From Pseudomonadota bacterium (GTDB lineage Bacteria > Pseudomonadota > Gammaproteobacteria > Burkholderiales > Thiobacillaceae): a stretch of 64,000 nt of DNA. The position numbers and the translations under genes were made by a program. Positions 9,784-19,452 of this stretch are shown here, in pieces (within the stretch, counting starts at the first letter, position 1; every line of letters begins with the position of its first letter). Where the stretch lies: NCBI GenBank assembly GCA_040757575.1, contig JBFLXA010000012.1, forward strand, positions 4,707-68,706, written 5' to 3'. The notes beneath the pieces were generated by a model. The model had not been told where the DNA came from. It searched no databases and saw only the letters and a list, made by a program, of their open reading frames with translations.

Positions 9784-10677
9784 ATGTGGGACTACTCTGA
9801 CAAGGTCAAGGAACACTTTTTTAGCCCCCGCAACTCGGGGGCCATGGAAGATGCCAACGCCGTGGGCGACGTGGGCTCCATCAACTGCGGCGACGCCCTG
9901 CGTCTGATGCTGAAGGTGGACCCGGAAACGGAGACCATCCAGGATGCCCGTTTCCAGACCTTTGGTTGCGGCTCCGCCATCGCTTCGAGTTCAGCCCTGA
10001 CCGAGATCATCAAGGGCATGACCCTGGATGCGGCCCTCAAGGTGAGCAACCAGGACATCGCCGACTACCTGGACGGCCTGCCCCCCGAGAAGATGCACTG
10101 CTCGGTCATGGGCCGGGAAGCCCTGCAAGCCGCCGTGGCCAACTATCGCGGCGAGGAATGGAAGGATGATCACGAGGAAGGGGCCCTCATCTGCAAGTGC
10201 TTCGCCATCGACGCCGTGCTCATCGAAGAGACCATCCGCGCCAACAACCTGGCCACGGTGGAAGAGGTGACCAACTACACCAAGGCTGGCGGCGGCTGTT
10301 CCTCCTGCCACGAAGGCATCGAGGAGATCCTGGTGAAGGTGCTGGCAGAGCGGGGCGAAACCTTCAACCCCCTCCCCGTGAAGGCCAAGAAGGCCGATTC
10401 CGAATCCAAGATGACCAATCTCCAGCGCATCAAGCGCATCGAGATGATCCTGGATTCCATCCGGCCCCAGTTGCAGCGGGACCACGGCGACATCGAACTT
10501 GTGGACGTGGACGGCAAGACCATCTACGTGAACATGATCGGCGCCTGCGCCGGCTGCCAGATGGAAGCCATGACCCTGCAAGGCATCCAGCAGCGGCTGA
10601 TGGAAGACCTGGGCGAGTTCGTGAAAGTGGTGCCTTCCCGCACCGGTTCCCTCACCCGCGCGGTGAGCCACGTTTGA
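9784..10677 (+). CDS. nifU: NifU Fe-S cluster scaffold
   Basis: N-terminal IscU-like domain ([28 protein letters not shown]), central [2Fe-2S] Cys motifs, C-terminal NfU domain with CAGCQ. Confidence 0.95.
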   Translation: MWDYSDKVKEHFFSPRNSGAMEDANAVGDVGSINCGDALRLMLKVDPETETIQDARFQTFGCGSAIASSSALTEIIKGMTLDAALKVSNQDIADYLDGLPPEKMHCSVMGREALQAAVANYRGEEWKDDHEEGALICKCFAIDAVLIEETIRANNLATVEEVTNYTKAGGGCSSCHEGIEEILVKVLAERGETFNPLPVKAKKADSESKMTNLQRIKRIEMILDSIRPQLQRDHGDIELVDVDGKTIYVNMIGACAGCQMEAMTLQGIQQRLMEDLGEFVKVVPSRTGSLTRAVSHV

Positions 10678-10684
10678 TACATCG

Positions 10685-10782
10685 TCCCCTCTCCCGCAAG
10701 CGGGAGAGGGCCAGGGCCAGGGCTTCCCATGGGCAATGACCCTCTCCCCCGGCCCCTCCCCCGCTTGCGGGGGAGGGGAGCA
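10685..10782. repeat. REP-like element, family A (two hairpin units)
   Basis: CCCCTCTCCCGCAAGCGGGAGAGGG and GCCCCTCCCCCGCTTGCGGGGGAGGGGAGC in the nifU-nifS spacer. Confidence 0.8.
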
Positions 10783-10799
10783 AACCGAAAGGACTTGAT

Positions 10800-12008
10800 A
10801 TGGACGGCATCTACCTCGACAACAACGCCACCACCCGGGTCGACGACGCCGTGGTGGCCGCCATGTTGCCCTTCTTTACCGAGCAGTTCGGCAACCCTTC
10901 CTCCCTGCACAGCTTCGGCAACAAGGTGGGCCTGGCCCTGAAGAAGGCCCGCATGCAGGTCCAGGAACTGCTGGGCGCCGAGCATGAATCCGAGATCATC
11001 TTCACCTCCTGCGGTACCGAGGCGGATTCCACCGCCATCCTGTCCGCCTGCAAGGCCATGCCGGAGCGCAAGGAGATCATCACCACCAGCATCGAACACC
11101 CGGCCGTGTTGAGCCTGTGCACCCACCTGGAAAAGGAAGGCTACAAGGTCCACTACCTGAAGGTGGACGAGAAAGGCCGCCTGGACCTGGACGAATACAA
11201 ACGCCTGCTCACCGACCAGGTGGCCATCGTTTCCGTCATGTGGGCCAACAATGAAACCGGCACCCTGTTCCCCGTGGAAGAAATGGCGGACCTGGCTTCC
11301 GAGGCCGGCGTCATGTTCCACACCGACGCGGTCCAGGCCGTGGGCAAGGTGCCCATCGACCTGAAGGCCACCAGCATCGACATGCTCTCCCTGTCCGGCC
11401 ACAAGCTCCATGCCCCCAAGGGCGTGGGGGTGCTCTACCTGCGTCGGGGCGTGCGTTTCCGCCCCCTGCTGCGGGGTGGACACCAGGAGCGGGGCCGCCG
11501 GGCCGGCACCGAAAACGCTGCGTCCATCGTCGGCCTGGGCCTGGCCTGTGAGCAGGCCATGCAGCACATGCATTTCGAAAACACGGAAGTGAAGCGCCTG
11601 CGGGACAAACTGGAGGCGGGTATTCTCGCCAAGGTGCCCCGGGCCTTCCCCACCGGCAACCCTGAGAACCGCCTGCCCAACACCAGCAACATCGCCTTCG
11701 AGTTCATTGAGGGAGAGGCCATCCTGCTGCTGCTCAACAAGTTCGGCATCGCCGCCAGCTCGGGCTCGGCCTGCACCTCGGGCAGTCTGGAGCCAAGCCA
11801 TGTCATGCGGGCCATGGGTATTCCCTACACGGCTGCCCACGGCACCATCCGCTTTTCCCTTTCCCGCTATACCACCGAAGCGGAAGTGGACCGGGTGATC
11901 CAGGTGGTGCCGGAGATCGTGGCCCAACTGCGCAAGCTGTCCCCCTACTGGGGCGAGAACGGCCCGGCGGCAGAGCCGGAGAAGGCGTTCGCGCCGGTGT
12001 ATGCCTAG
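10800..12008 (+). CDS. nifS: NifS cysteine desulfurase
   Basis: Class V aminotransferase with PLP-Lys context SLSGHKLHAPKG and active-site SSGSACTSG. Confidence 0.95.
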   Translation: MDGIYLDNNATTRVDDAVVAAMLPFFTEQFGNPSSLHSFGNKVGLALKKARMQVQELLGAEHESEIIFTSCGTEADSTAILSACKAMPERKEIITTSIEHPAVLSLCTHLEKEGYKVHYLKVDEKGRLDLDEYKRLLTDQVAIVSVMWANNETGTLFPVEEMADLASEAGVMFHTDAVQAVGKVPIDLKATSIDMLSLSGHKLHAPKGVGVLYLRRGVRFRPLLRGGHQERGRRAGTENAASIVGLGLACEQAMQHMHFENTEVKRLRDKLEAGILAKVPRAFPTGNPENRLPNTSNIAFEFIEGEAILLLLNKFGIAASSGSACTSGSLEPSHVMRAMGIPYTAAHGTIRFSLSRYTTEAEVDRVIQVVPEIVAQLRKLSPYWGENGPAAEPEKAFAPVYA

Positions 12009-12014
12009 TTGAGG

Positions 12015-12028
12015 TGCCGCATGCGGCA
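12015..12028 (+). terminator. possible weak terminator hairpin after nifS
   Basis: Palindrome TGCCGCATGCGGCA followed by TTTGGTATT. The stem is short, so this is weak. Confidence 0.3.
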
Positions 12029-12066
12029 TTTGGTATTCGGCATTTGCCATTTGCCATTTGCCATTT
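12025..12066. repeat. tandem 7-nt repeat (GSCATTT x6), family B-related
   Basis: GGCATTT GGTATTC GGCATTT GCCATTT GCCATTT GCCATTT read directly from the sequence. Confidence 0.85.
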
Positions 12067-12255
12067 GGCGCCGGGATGTGTTGCTCCGTTCAGGCGCGCA
12101 TCCCCGAGCCGACGTCTCACCACGGTGCCCGGGGTGATCCCGTGATCCCCCCATGTCCTGAAAGTCCCGCGCTAGTCTGTACGGGCGCTTCGAAAAACGC
12201 CAACGTCATGCCGGTGTAAAACTGACCGGTTAAATTGCCTGTTTTTGTCCAGGGC

Positions 12256-13152
12256 ATGAACAGCGACATGAACCCGTGGCTGCGCGCCGCCTTTCTGTTT
12301 TCGGTGGCACTGCTATTGGCCGCCTGCTCCCCCCGTCAGATGGTCATGGGCCATCTTGCCGACGGTCTTGCCTCACAGGGGCAGCAGACCGAAGAGGACC
12401 TGGACCTGGCCCGCGAAGCCAGCGCCTTTTATCTCAAGCTGTCCGAATCGGTACTGCGGGAGCAGCCGGGTCACGCAGCCCTGGCGGAATCCGTGGCTGC
12501 CGGCTTTACCCAGTACGCCTATGCCTTCGTCGCCTTCGAGGCGGACCGGGTGGAGGGACGGGACGTGGCCGAGGCGGAGCGTTTGCGTCAGCGGGCGGCC
12601 CGCTTGTACCGTCGCGCCCACCGGCATGGGATGACGGCCCTGGAACAGGCCCACCCCGGCTTGCGTGGGGCGTTGGCTGGCGACCCCGCCGCCTGGCCTA
12701 AGCTGGACCGGGAGGAAGCTGGGCTGGCCTATTGGACAGCAGCAGCCTGGGGTGGCTGGATTTCCCTCGGCAAGGACAACCCCGAACTGGTGGCCGACCT
12801 GCCCCTGGCGGCACGGCTGACCCGTCTTGCCTGGCAGGCTGATCCTGAATGGGGCCAAGGTAGCCTGACCAGCCTCCTGGCCACCTTCGAAGCGGCACGA
12901 CCCGGCGGTGACCGTAAACAGGTTTTGGCCTGGTTTGATCAGGCCATCACCCAAGCCAATGGCAAATCCGCCGGACCGCTGCTGGCCAAGGCCGAAGGCC
13001 ATGCCTTGCCCATGGGGGACCGGGTGCTGTTCGAGACCCTGTTGCATTCAGCCCTGGCCATCCCCGATGCGGAAGATGGCAATTCCCTGCAAAACCAGGT
13101 TATGCAGAAGCGTGCACGCTGGCTGCTGGAACAATCCCCTGACCTGTTCTGA
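12256..13152 (+). CDS. lipoprotein, probably a TRAP-associated TatT-family helical-repeat protein
   Basis: Lipobox LLLAAC. All-helical Ala/Leu-rich sequence directly upstream of DctP/DctQM genes. Start is uncertain (TTG 12235, ATG 12256 or ATG 12268). Family assignment is from memory. Confidence 0.5.
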   Translation: MNSDMNPWLRAAFLFSVALLLAACSPRQMVMGHLADGLASQGQQTEEDLDLAREASAFYLKLSESVLREQPGHAALAESVAAGFTQYAYAFVAFEADRVEGRDVAEAERLRQRAARLYRRAHRHGMTALEQAHPGLRGALAGDPAAWPKLDREEAGLAYWTAAAWGGWISLGKDNPELVADLPLAARLTRLAWQADPEWGQGSLTSLLATFEAARPGGDRKQVLAWFDQAITQANGKSAGPLLAKAEGHALPMGDRVLFETLLHSALAIPDAEDGNSLQNQVMQKRARWLLEQSPDLF

Positions 13153-13170
13153 CTTCACCGAGGCATTCCC

Positions 13171-14166
13171 ATGCGTTTCTTCCTTGTTCTGCTGGCCGCC
13201 CTCCTGATCGTTGGAGAAGCCCTGGCCGCCAGCCAGTTACGAATCGGCACCCTGGCGCCGAAAAACTCCCTCTATCACCGTCAGCTCATGGAAGTGGGCG
13301 AGGCCTGGCGCAAGGCGGAAGGCGACGGCAAGTATCTCGTCTATCCGGACGGCAGCCAGGGCGGGGAAGTCGACATGGTCCGCCGCATGCGAATTGGTCA
13401 GTTGCAGGGAGGGCTGCTTTCGGTGGCCGGGTTGGAAGCCATCGAACCGTCCATCGCCGCCTTGCAGCTCATGCCCCTGATGTTCCGTGGCTGGGACGAG
13501 GTGGACTACGTCCGGGAAAAACTCCGTGCCGACATGGAAAAACGCTTTCTGGACAAGGGCTTCGTCATCCTGGCCTGGGGTGACGCCGGCTGGGTGCGCT
13601 TCTTCACCAAGCAACCCGCTGCCTCGCCCAAGGACTTTCTGGGCATGAAATTCTTCGCCTGGGGCAGCGAAGCGGCCCAGCAGGAGATCATGAAGGGCCT
13701 GGGCTACACCCCGGTGCCCCTGGAAGTGTCCGACATCCTGCCCGCCATCCAGACCGGCATGATCAATGCAGTGCCGTCTACGCCCTACTTTGCCCTGGCA
13801 ACCCAGATCTACACCAGCGCTCCCTACATGCTGGATCTCAACTGGGCCCCCATCGTCGGTGCCCTGGTGGTAACCCGCAAGGCCTGGGAGTCCATGAGCC
13901 CGGCCGCCCAGACGGCGGTGAAGGAGGCCGGCGCCCGTGCTGGCGACAAGATCCGCGCCCAGGCCCGCAAGGAGGTGGATGAAGCGGTGGCGGCCATGCA
14001 GAAGCGGGGCCTGACCGTGACCCGGCCCACACCCAAGCAACTGCAGGAATGGCAAAAGCTGGCCGATGAACTGCATCCCCGCATCCGGGGCAGGCTGGTT
14101 CCGGAGGAGACCTTCGATGCAGTGGTGGGGCACTTGAAAGCATACCGGGCGAGCAAGGGGAAGTAA
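13171..14166 (+). CDS. TRAP transporter solute-binding protein (DctP family)
   Basis: Signal peptide, typical DctP length, and position upstream of the fused DctQM permease. Confidence 0.8.
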   Translation: MRFFLVLLAALLIVGEALAASQLRIGTLAPKNSLYHRQLMEVGEAWRKAEGDGKYLVYPDGSQGGEVDMVRRMRIGQLQGGLLSVAGLEAIEPSIAALQLMPLMFRGWDEVDYVREKLRADMEKRFLDKGFVILAWGDAGWVRFFTKQPAASPKDFLGMKFFAWGSEAAQQEIMKGLGYTPVPLEVSDILPAIQTGMINAVPSTPYFALATQIYTSAPYMLDLNWAPIVGALVVTRKAWESMSPAAQTAVKEAGARAGDKIRAQARKEVDEAVAAMQKRGLTVTRPTPKQLQEWQKLADELHPRIRGRLVPEETFDAVVGHLKAYRASKGK

Positions 14167-14274
14167 GCCTGGGTAACTCCCCCTGCCCATGGCGATGGTT
14201 GGTAGTCAGTGGGGCAGGGCGCATCGTCAAGTCTGACCGGCCATGAGTACCAAAAACCTATTTCCCGAGCCCCC

Positions 14275-16092
14275 ATGTACACAGCCCTGACCCGCTTCGA
14301 TGCCATCCTCGCCGGTGGCGCCCTGGCCCTCATGCTGATCATCCCCGTGGTGGAGATTGTCCTGCGGCCGCTGTTCGGTCGGGGGATCGAGAACGCCCCG
14401 GTCCTGGTACAGCACCTGGGGCTCGTGCTGGCCATGTTCGGTGCCCTGGTGGCAGAGCGGGGCGGGCATCTGACTTCCCTGGGCGCGGGCCTGGCTGCCG
14501 CCGAGCATCCCCATCTCCGCCGTTTTGCCCAGGTCTTTTCCGGCGCCAGTTCGGCCCTGATCTGCGGCCTGCTGGCCCAGGCAAGCTGGACCTTCGTGGC
14601 CAGCGAAATGGAAGCTCCCCATGCCCTGGCCTACGGCATTCCCGGCTGGATCATCCAGGCGGCAATGCCTGTGGGTTTCATCCTTCTGGGGCTGAAGATC
14701 GGCTCCCGTCTGGCCGAGACGCCCGCCTGGCGCATTCCACCTGCCCTGCTTCTGCCCCTGGCCGGCTGGCTGCTCGCCGGCCATTTTGACGGCGAAATCC
14801 TTCCCCTCTGGCCCTTCGTCATCTGGCTGGTGCTGATCCTGTTCTGCGGCGCCCCTATCTTCGCCGTGCTGGGGGGCCTGGCCCTGGCCCTGTTCTGGCA
14901 GGAAGGCCAACCCCTAGCGGCCGTACCGCTGAGCCACTACCAGATCACCGTAAATCCTTCCCTGCCGGCCCTGCCTCTCTTCACCCTGGCCGGCCTCATC
15001 TTCGCCCGTACCGGGGCGGCGGTTCGGCTCGGCACGCTGTTCACCACCCTGTTCGGCGGCGGTGCCTTGGGCACGGCGGTGGCGGGCGCTGTCCTGTGTT
15101 CCTTCTTCACCGCCCTGACCGGCGGCAGCGGTGTCACCATCCTGGCCCTGGGCGGCCTGCTGCTGCCCTTGCTGACCCGGGCGGGGTTCGCAGAAAAGCG
15201 GGGCATCGGCTTGGTCACCAGCGCCAGCGCCCTGGGGGTGCTGCTGGCCCCCTCCGTGCCCCTCATCATGTACGCCATCATCGCCCGGGTTCCCATCAAC
15301 ACCATGTTCCTGGCCGGCGTCCTGCCGGCCCTGGTCATGGTGGCCTTTCTGCTGTTGGCGGGGGGATTCCTGCGCCGGGACGGCCTGGCGCCAGTCGCGC
15401 TGGCCGAAACGGCGCAACGGTCCTCCCGTCGTGGGGCGGTCTGGGCCGCCAAGTGGGAGTTGCTGGCCCCCGTGGTGGCCATCGGCTCCCTGGTGAGCGG
15501 TCTCGCCACCCCCATGGAAAGCGCCGCCCTCACCGCCGCCTATGCCCTCTTTACCCAGAGCGTGGCCCATCGCGAACTGGATCTCCGGGGCCTGGGGCTC
15601 GCTCTGGTGGAATGCGTCCAGGTCATCGGCGGCATCATGCTCATCCTGGGCATGGCCCTGGGACTGACCAACTTCCTGGTGGATGCCGGCATCCCCGATC
15701 TGGCGGTGGAATGGGTCCAGTCCGTGCTGCCCAATAAATACGCCTTCCTGGTGGCCCTGGTGGTCTTCCTGATCGCCGCCGGCGCCCTCATGGAAATCTA
15801 CGCCGCCATCGTGGTCCTCGTCCCCCTGTTGCTGCCGGTGGCCCTGGCCTACGGCATCGATCCGATCCACTTCGGCATCATCTTCCTGGCCACCCTGGAA
15901 ATCGCCTTCCTCTTCCCCCCGGCGGGACTGAATATCTATTTCGCCTCCGCCATGTTCCGCAAGCCCTTGCGCTACGTAGCTGTCTCCTTGCTGCCGGCGG
16001 TGGGCGCCATGTTCCTGGGAGCGCTGACCATCTCCCTGCTGCCCTTCCTGTCCACCTGGCTGCCCGGGCTGCTCGGTCTTCAGTCGCCGTAA
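14275..16092 (+). CDS. TRAP transporter fused small/large permease (DctQ-DctM)
   Basis: Polytopic membrane protein. N-terminal ~170 aa are DctQ-like and the remainder DctM-like. The ATG at 14275 is codon 23 of the track ORF. Confidence 0.8.
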   Translation: MYTALTRFDAILAGGALALMLIIPVVEIVLRPLFGRGIENAPVLVQHLGLVLAMFGALVAERGGHLTSLGAGLAAAEHPHLRRFAQVFSGASSALICGLLAQASWTFVASEMEAPHALAYGIPGWIIQAAMPVGFILLGLKIGSRLAETPAWRIPPALLLPLAGWLLAGHFDGEILPLWPFVIWLVLILFCGAPIFAVLGGLALALFWQEGQPLAAVPLSHYQITVNPSLPALPLFTLAGLIFARTGAAVRLGTLFTTLFGGGALGTAVAGAVLCSFFTALTGGSGVTILALGGLLLPLLTRAGFAEKRGIGLVTSASALGVLLAPSVPLIMYAIIARVPINTMFLAGVLPALVMVAFLLLAGGFLRRDGLAPVALAETAQRSSRRGAVWAAKWELLAPVVAIGSLVSGLATPMESAALTAAYALFTQSVAHRELDLRGLGLALVECVQVIGGIMLILGMALGLTNFLVDAGIPDLAVEWVQSVLPNKYAFLVALVVFLIAAGALMEIYAAIVVLVPLLLPVALAYGIDPIHFGIIFLATLEIAFLFPPAGLNIYFASAMFRKPLRYVAVSLLPAVGAMFLGALTISLLPFLSTWLPGLLGLQSP

Positions 16093-16279
16093 ACCAGGCC
16101 GGGCAGGGCTGACAAGCCTGTCGCGCTGCGCTCAATGGCCGCAGTTTGCGCACAAGACGGGCGACGAGATTGACGCTATTGCACAGGAAAGGCTCGATGG
16201 TGTCCCAAGGGGAGCAGGAGGCCATCAAGGCGAATACTGATCCCGTCTACCGGTCAACGATAGGGTCCTGACTCTTCTC

Positions 16280-16295
16280 TGTCGCAAACCCCACA
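16280..16295. promoter_or_regulatory. NifA-type UAS (TGT-N10-ACA) upstream of nifV
   Basis: TGTcgcaaaccccACA, about 95 bp upstream of the -24 element. Confidence 0.55.
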
Positions 16296-16389
16296 AACCC
16301 ATCTCCCCGTGTATTTCTATACAGCAAGGACATTGGGTGTTCCCGGGGCTATTCCAATTAAAACAATGGGTTGATTCATGTCTGGCGAG

Positions 16390-16405
16390 TGGCATGGCGC
16401 TTGCA
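16390..16405 (+). promoter_or_regulatory. sigma54 -24/-12 promoter of nifV-cysE-orf-nifWZM
   Basis: TGGCAT-GGCGC-TTGCA, 41 nt upstream of the nifV ATG. Confidence 0.75.
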
Positions 16406-16445
16406 AACAGACCTGCATATCGACTAACCGGGGTGCATCGCCACC

Positions 16446-17591
16446 ATGACTGCCACCATCACCATCGACGACACCACCCTGCGGGATGGGGAGCAGTCTG
16501 CCGGCGTGGCCTTCAGCCTGGAGGAAAAGCTGGATATCGCCCGCCGGCTGGACGCCCTGGGGGTGCCGGAACTGGAAGTGGGCATTCCGGCCATGGGGGA
16601 CGGGGAGTGCGACAGCATCCGCGCCGTGGCGGCCCTGGGGCTGGATGCACGACTCATCGTCTGGAGCCGCATGCATGGCGGGGACCTGGAAGCCTGCCGC
16701 AACATGCGGGTGGACATGGTGGACCTGTCCATTCCCGTCTCTGACATCCACATCCAAAAGAAGCTGAAGCGGGACCGGGCCTGGGTGCTGAAGACCATTG
16801 CCGACCTGGTACCCCGGGCCCAGGACATGGGCCTGGAGGTGATCGTCGGCGGCGAGGATGCCTCCCGGGCGGACCTGGAGTTCCTCATGCTGGTGGTGGA
16901 TGCCGCCCAGAACGCCGGCGCCCGGCGCTTCCGCTTTGCAGACACCCTGGGGGTCATGGAACCCTTCGGCGTCCACGACACGATCCGCAGCCTGCGCTCG
17001 ATCACCGATCTGGAGATCGAGATGCATGCCCACGACGACCTGGGCCTGGCCACCGCCAACACCCTGGCGGCCTGCCGGGCCGGTGCCACCCACGTGAACA
17101 CCACGGTCAACGGCTTGGGGGAACGGGCGGGCAACGCAGCCCTGGAGGAGGTGGCCCTGGGCCTGAAAAAACTCTATGGCCTGGATACGGGTGTGGACCT
17201 GACGGCTTTCCCCGCCTTGTCGGAACGGGTGGCCCGGGCCTCCGGCCGTCCGGTGTCCTGGCAGAAGAGCATCGTCGGGGAAGGGGTGTTTACCCACGAG
17301 GCGGGCATCCATGTGGATGGTTTGTTGAAAGACCCGGACAACTACCAGGGTTTCGATCCCCGGGAAGTGGGCCGGGATCATCGCCTGGTGGTGGGCAAGC
17401 ATTCCGGTTCCAAGGGCATCGTGGCGGCCTACGCCCATCTTGGTCTGGCCCTGACGGAGGCCCAGGCCCGGGCCCTGCTGCCGGATATCCGCGCCTTTGC
17501 CGAGCAGGCCAAGCGGGCTCCAGTGGACCAGGAGTTGGAGTGCCTTTATCGGCAACATGTGGCCTCACGACCCTCCGGCCTGGCCCATTGA
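16446..17591 (+). CDS. nifV: homocitrate synthase NifV
   Basis: DTTLRDGEQ and [16 protein letters not shown]-like motifs; nif context. Confidence 0.9.
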   Translation: MTATITIDDTTLRDGEQSAGVAFSLEEKLDIARRLDALGVPELEVGIPAMGDGECDSIRAVAALGLDARLIVWSRMHGGDLEACRNMRVDMVDLSIPVSDIHIQKKLKRDRAWVLKTIADLVPRAQDMGLEVIVGGEDASRADLEFLMLVVDAAQNAGARRFRFADTLGVMEPFGVHDTIRSLRSITDLEIEMHAHDDLGLATANTLAACRAGATHVNTTVNGLGERAGNAALEEVALGLKKLYGLDTGVDLTAFPALSERVARASGRPVSWQKSIVGEGVFTHEAGIHVDGLLKDPDNYQGFDPREVGRDHRLVVGKHSGSKGIVAAYAHLGLALTEAQARALLPDIRAFAEQAKRAPVDQELECLYRQHVASRPSGLAH

Positions 17592-17600
17592 GTCGTTGCC

Positions 17601-18386
17601 ATGAAACCGGCCGCCAATATTCCCCTTCATGCCCGCGCAAGTGAGGCTGATATTGCGGAACCGGGGCTGTTCTCCTTGCTCAAGGAAGACATCGATTGCG
17701 TCTTCCAGCGGGACCCGGCAGCCCGGTCCCGGTTCGAGGTCATCACCACCTATCCCGGCGTCCATGCCGTGCTCTGGCAGCGTATTGCCCACCGTATGTG
17801 GCACCGGGGACTGCGTTATCCGGCCCGGTTCATCTCCTGGTTTGCCCGTCTGGTCACCAATATCGACATCCACCCGGGGGCCACCCTGGGCCGGCGCTTC
17901 TTCATCGACCACGGCGCCGGCGTGGTGATCGGCGAGACCGCCGAGATCGGCGACGACGTGACCCTGTATCACGGCGTCACCCTGGGGGGCACCACCTGGA
18001 ACAAGGGCAAGCGCCACCCCACCCTGGGCAACGGCGTGGTCATCGGCGCCGGGGCCAAGATCCTGGGGGCCATCACCCTGGGGGACCAGGTGCGGGTGGG
18101 GGCCAATTCCGTGGTGGTGAAAGACGTACCCGCCCACAAGACCGTGGTGGGCATCCCCGGCAAGGTGGTCACCCGCCTGGAGTCCGCCGGAGAAAACGGT
18201 ATCAATCTGGACCACCACCTGATTCCCGACCCCGTAGGCAAGGCCATCGCCTGCCTGATGGAGCGCATCGAGGTGCTGGAACGAACCCTCCAGGCCCGGG
18301 GGGAAGCGGTGGACGGACAGTGCTCCACCTGCGAGGCCGACGACCTGTGCGGTGCGGAAGCAACAAGAAAAATGAAGAGAGGATGA
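17601..18386 (+). CDS. cysE: serine O-acetyltransferase (nif-linked CysE/NifP)
   Basis: SATase N-domain and hexapeptide repeats ([31 protein letters not shown]). Confidence 0.9.
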   Translation: MKPAANIPLHARASEADIAEPGLFSLLKEDIDCVFQRDPAARSRFEVITTYPGVHAVLWQRIAHRMWHRGLRYPARFISWFARLVTNIDIHPGATLGRRFFIDHGAGVVIGETAEIGDDVTLYHGVTLGGTTWNKGKRHPTLGNGVVIGAGAKILGAITLGDQVRVGANSVVVKDVPAHKTVVGIPGKVVTRLESAGENGINLDHHLIPDPVGKAIACLMERIEVLERTLQARGEAVDGQCSTCEADDLCGAEATRKMKRG

Positions 18387-18391
18387 GGTAA

Positions 18392-18907
18392 ATGGACCTG
18401 TTGGATTTCGACCAGCCCAGCCTGTACTACGACGAGCCCCTGCCGGAAGGCGTCGACGCGCTCATCGTCGAGGCGGGCCGCTGCTACGGCGAGGCGGCGG
18501 CGGAGGCCAGCCTGCTGCGGGCCTATTTCCTGGCCCCGGAAGCCCTGGTGGTGCTGGTGGCCCTGTACCGCTACTACTTCTACCAGCATCGCCTGGAAGA
18601 CGCCCTGATCGTTGCCGACCGGGCCATGGCCCTCGTCGCCCGGCGTCTGGAGCTGCCGGCAGACTGGCGGCGCATCAACCTGGACCACGTGGGCAGTGCG
18701 GTGCTGCGTTCCATGGGCCTGCTGCGCTTCTACCTGCACGTGCTCAAGGCGGCGGGCTACATCAACCTGCGTCTGGAACGCATCCAGACGGGCCGGGCCA
18801 TGCTGGAGAAACTCATGGAACTGGACACCCACGACCGCATGGGGGCCAAGGTCCTCCTGGACGTGGTGACCCAGGCGGTGGCCAGCCGCCTGGAAGAAGC
18901 GGCATGA
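18392..18907 (+). CDS. nif-cluster hypothetical protein (171 aa, helical)
   Basis: ORF 5 nt after the cysE stop, in the same operon, with a GAGG RBS. No family recognised. Confidence 0.6.
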   Translation: MDLLDFDQPSLYYDEPLPEGVDALIVEAGRCYGEAAAEASLLRAYFLAPEALVVLVALYRYYFYQHRLEDALIVADRAMALVARRLELPADWRRINLDHVGSAVLRSMGLLRFYLHVLKAAGYINLRLERIQTGRAMLEKLMELDTHDRMGAKVLLDVVTQAVASRLEEAA

Positions 18908-18913
18908 ATTCCC

Positions 18914-18995
18914 GGGAATGGGTAATGGGGAATGAGGGAAGGGGCACCCCCCTTCCTCCCCATCCCCCATCCCCCATCCCCCCTCACCCATCCCC
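18914..18995. repeat. family B hairpin built from 7-nt G-rich/C-rich units
   Basis: G-arm GGGAATGGGTAATGGGGAATGAGGGAAGGGG faces C-arm CCCCTTCCTCCCCATCCCCCATCCCCCATCCCC. The element ends immediately before the GGAG RBS of nifW. Confidence 0.8.
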
Positions 18996-19007
18996 TGGAG
19001 TAAGAAA

Positions 19008-19436
19008 ATGGACGACCTGACCCTGGAAGAAGCAATGGAAGACATGGAGTCCGCCGAGGACTTCCTGAACTACTTCGGTGTGGCCTACGAGCCGGCCGTG
19101 GTGCACGTGAACCGTCTGCACATCCTGCAACGCTTCCATGACTACATCACCAAGGCCGGCCCCCTGCCGACGGAAGAGGCCGCCCTCCGGACCCTGTATA
19201 CCGATCTGCTGGAACAGGCCTATGAAGACTTCGTGCTGTCCGACGCCCTCACCGAAAAGGTGTTCAAGGTCTTCCATATGCACGAACCCCAGACCGCCTT
19301 CGTGCCCCTGACAGCCATCAGTGTCGTGAAGCGTGATGCGGAGCCCATGGCCTTCCATGAAGTCTCGGCAGGGGGTGGCTGTGGCTGTGGCAACCAGGGC
19401 CCCTGTCATGGGTCCGAGCAGGCTTTGAGAAGCTGA
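19008..19436 (+). CDS. nifW: NifW nitrogenase-stabilising protein
   Basis: N-terminal SAEDFLNYFGVAYEPAVVHVNRLHILQRF block typical of NifW. Confidence 0.9.
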   Translation: MDDLTLEEAMEDMESAEDFLNYFGVAYEPAVVHVNRLHILQRFHDYITKAGPLPTEEAALRTLYTDLLEQAYEDFVLSDALTEKVFKVFHMHEPQTAFVPLTAISVVKRDAEPMAFHEVSAGGGCGCGNQGPCHGSEQALRS

Positions 19437-19452
19437 AAGGCAGGGCAGGGCC

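Noticed and set aside
10524-12050. 508-aa minus-strand ORF over nifS. Similar antisense or off-frame ORFs occur at 313..1509, 1801..3549, 5399..6439, 13237..14190, 16317..17558, 40549..42252, 47644..48873, 50065..51858 and 52065..53912.
   Set aside because: All overlap genes with clear family signatures on the other strand or frame, and all have biased low-complexity translations.
15878-16228. 116-aa minus-strand ORF spanning the end of the TRAP permease and the nifV upstream region
   Set aside because: It overlaps the DctQM 3' end in antisense, and the remainder is non-coding promoter-proximal DNA. No motif or RBS is present.
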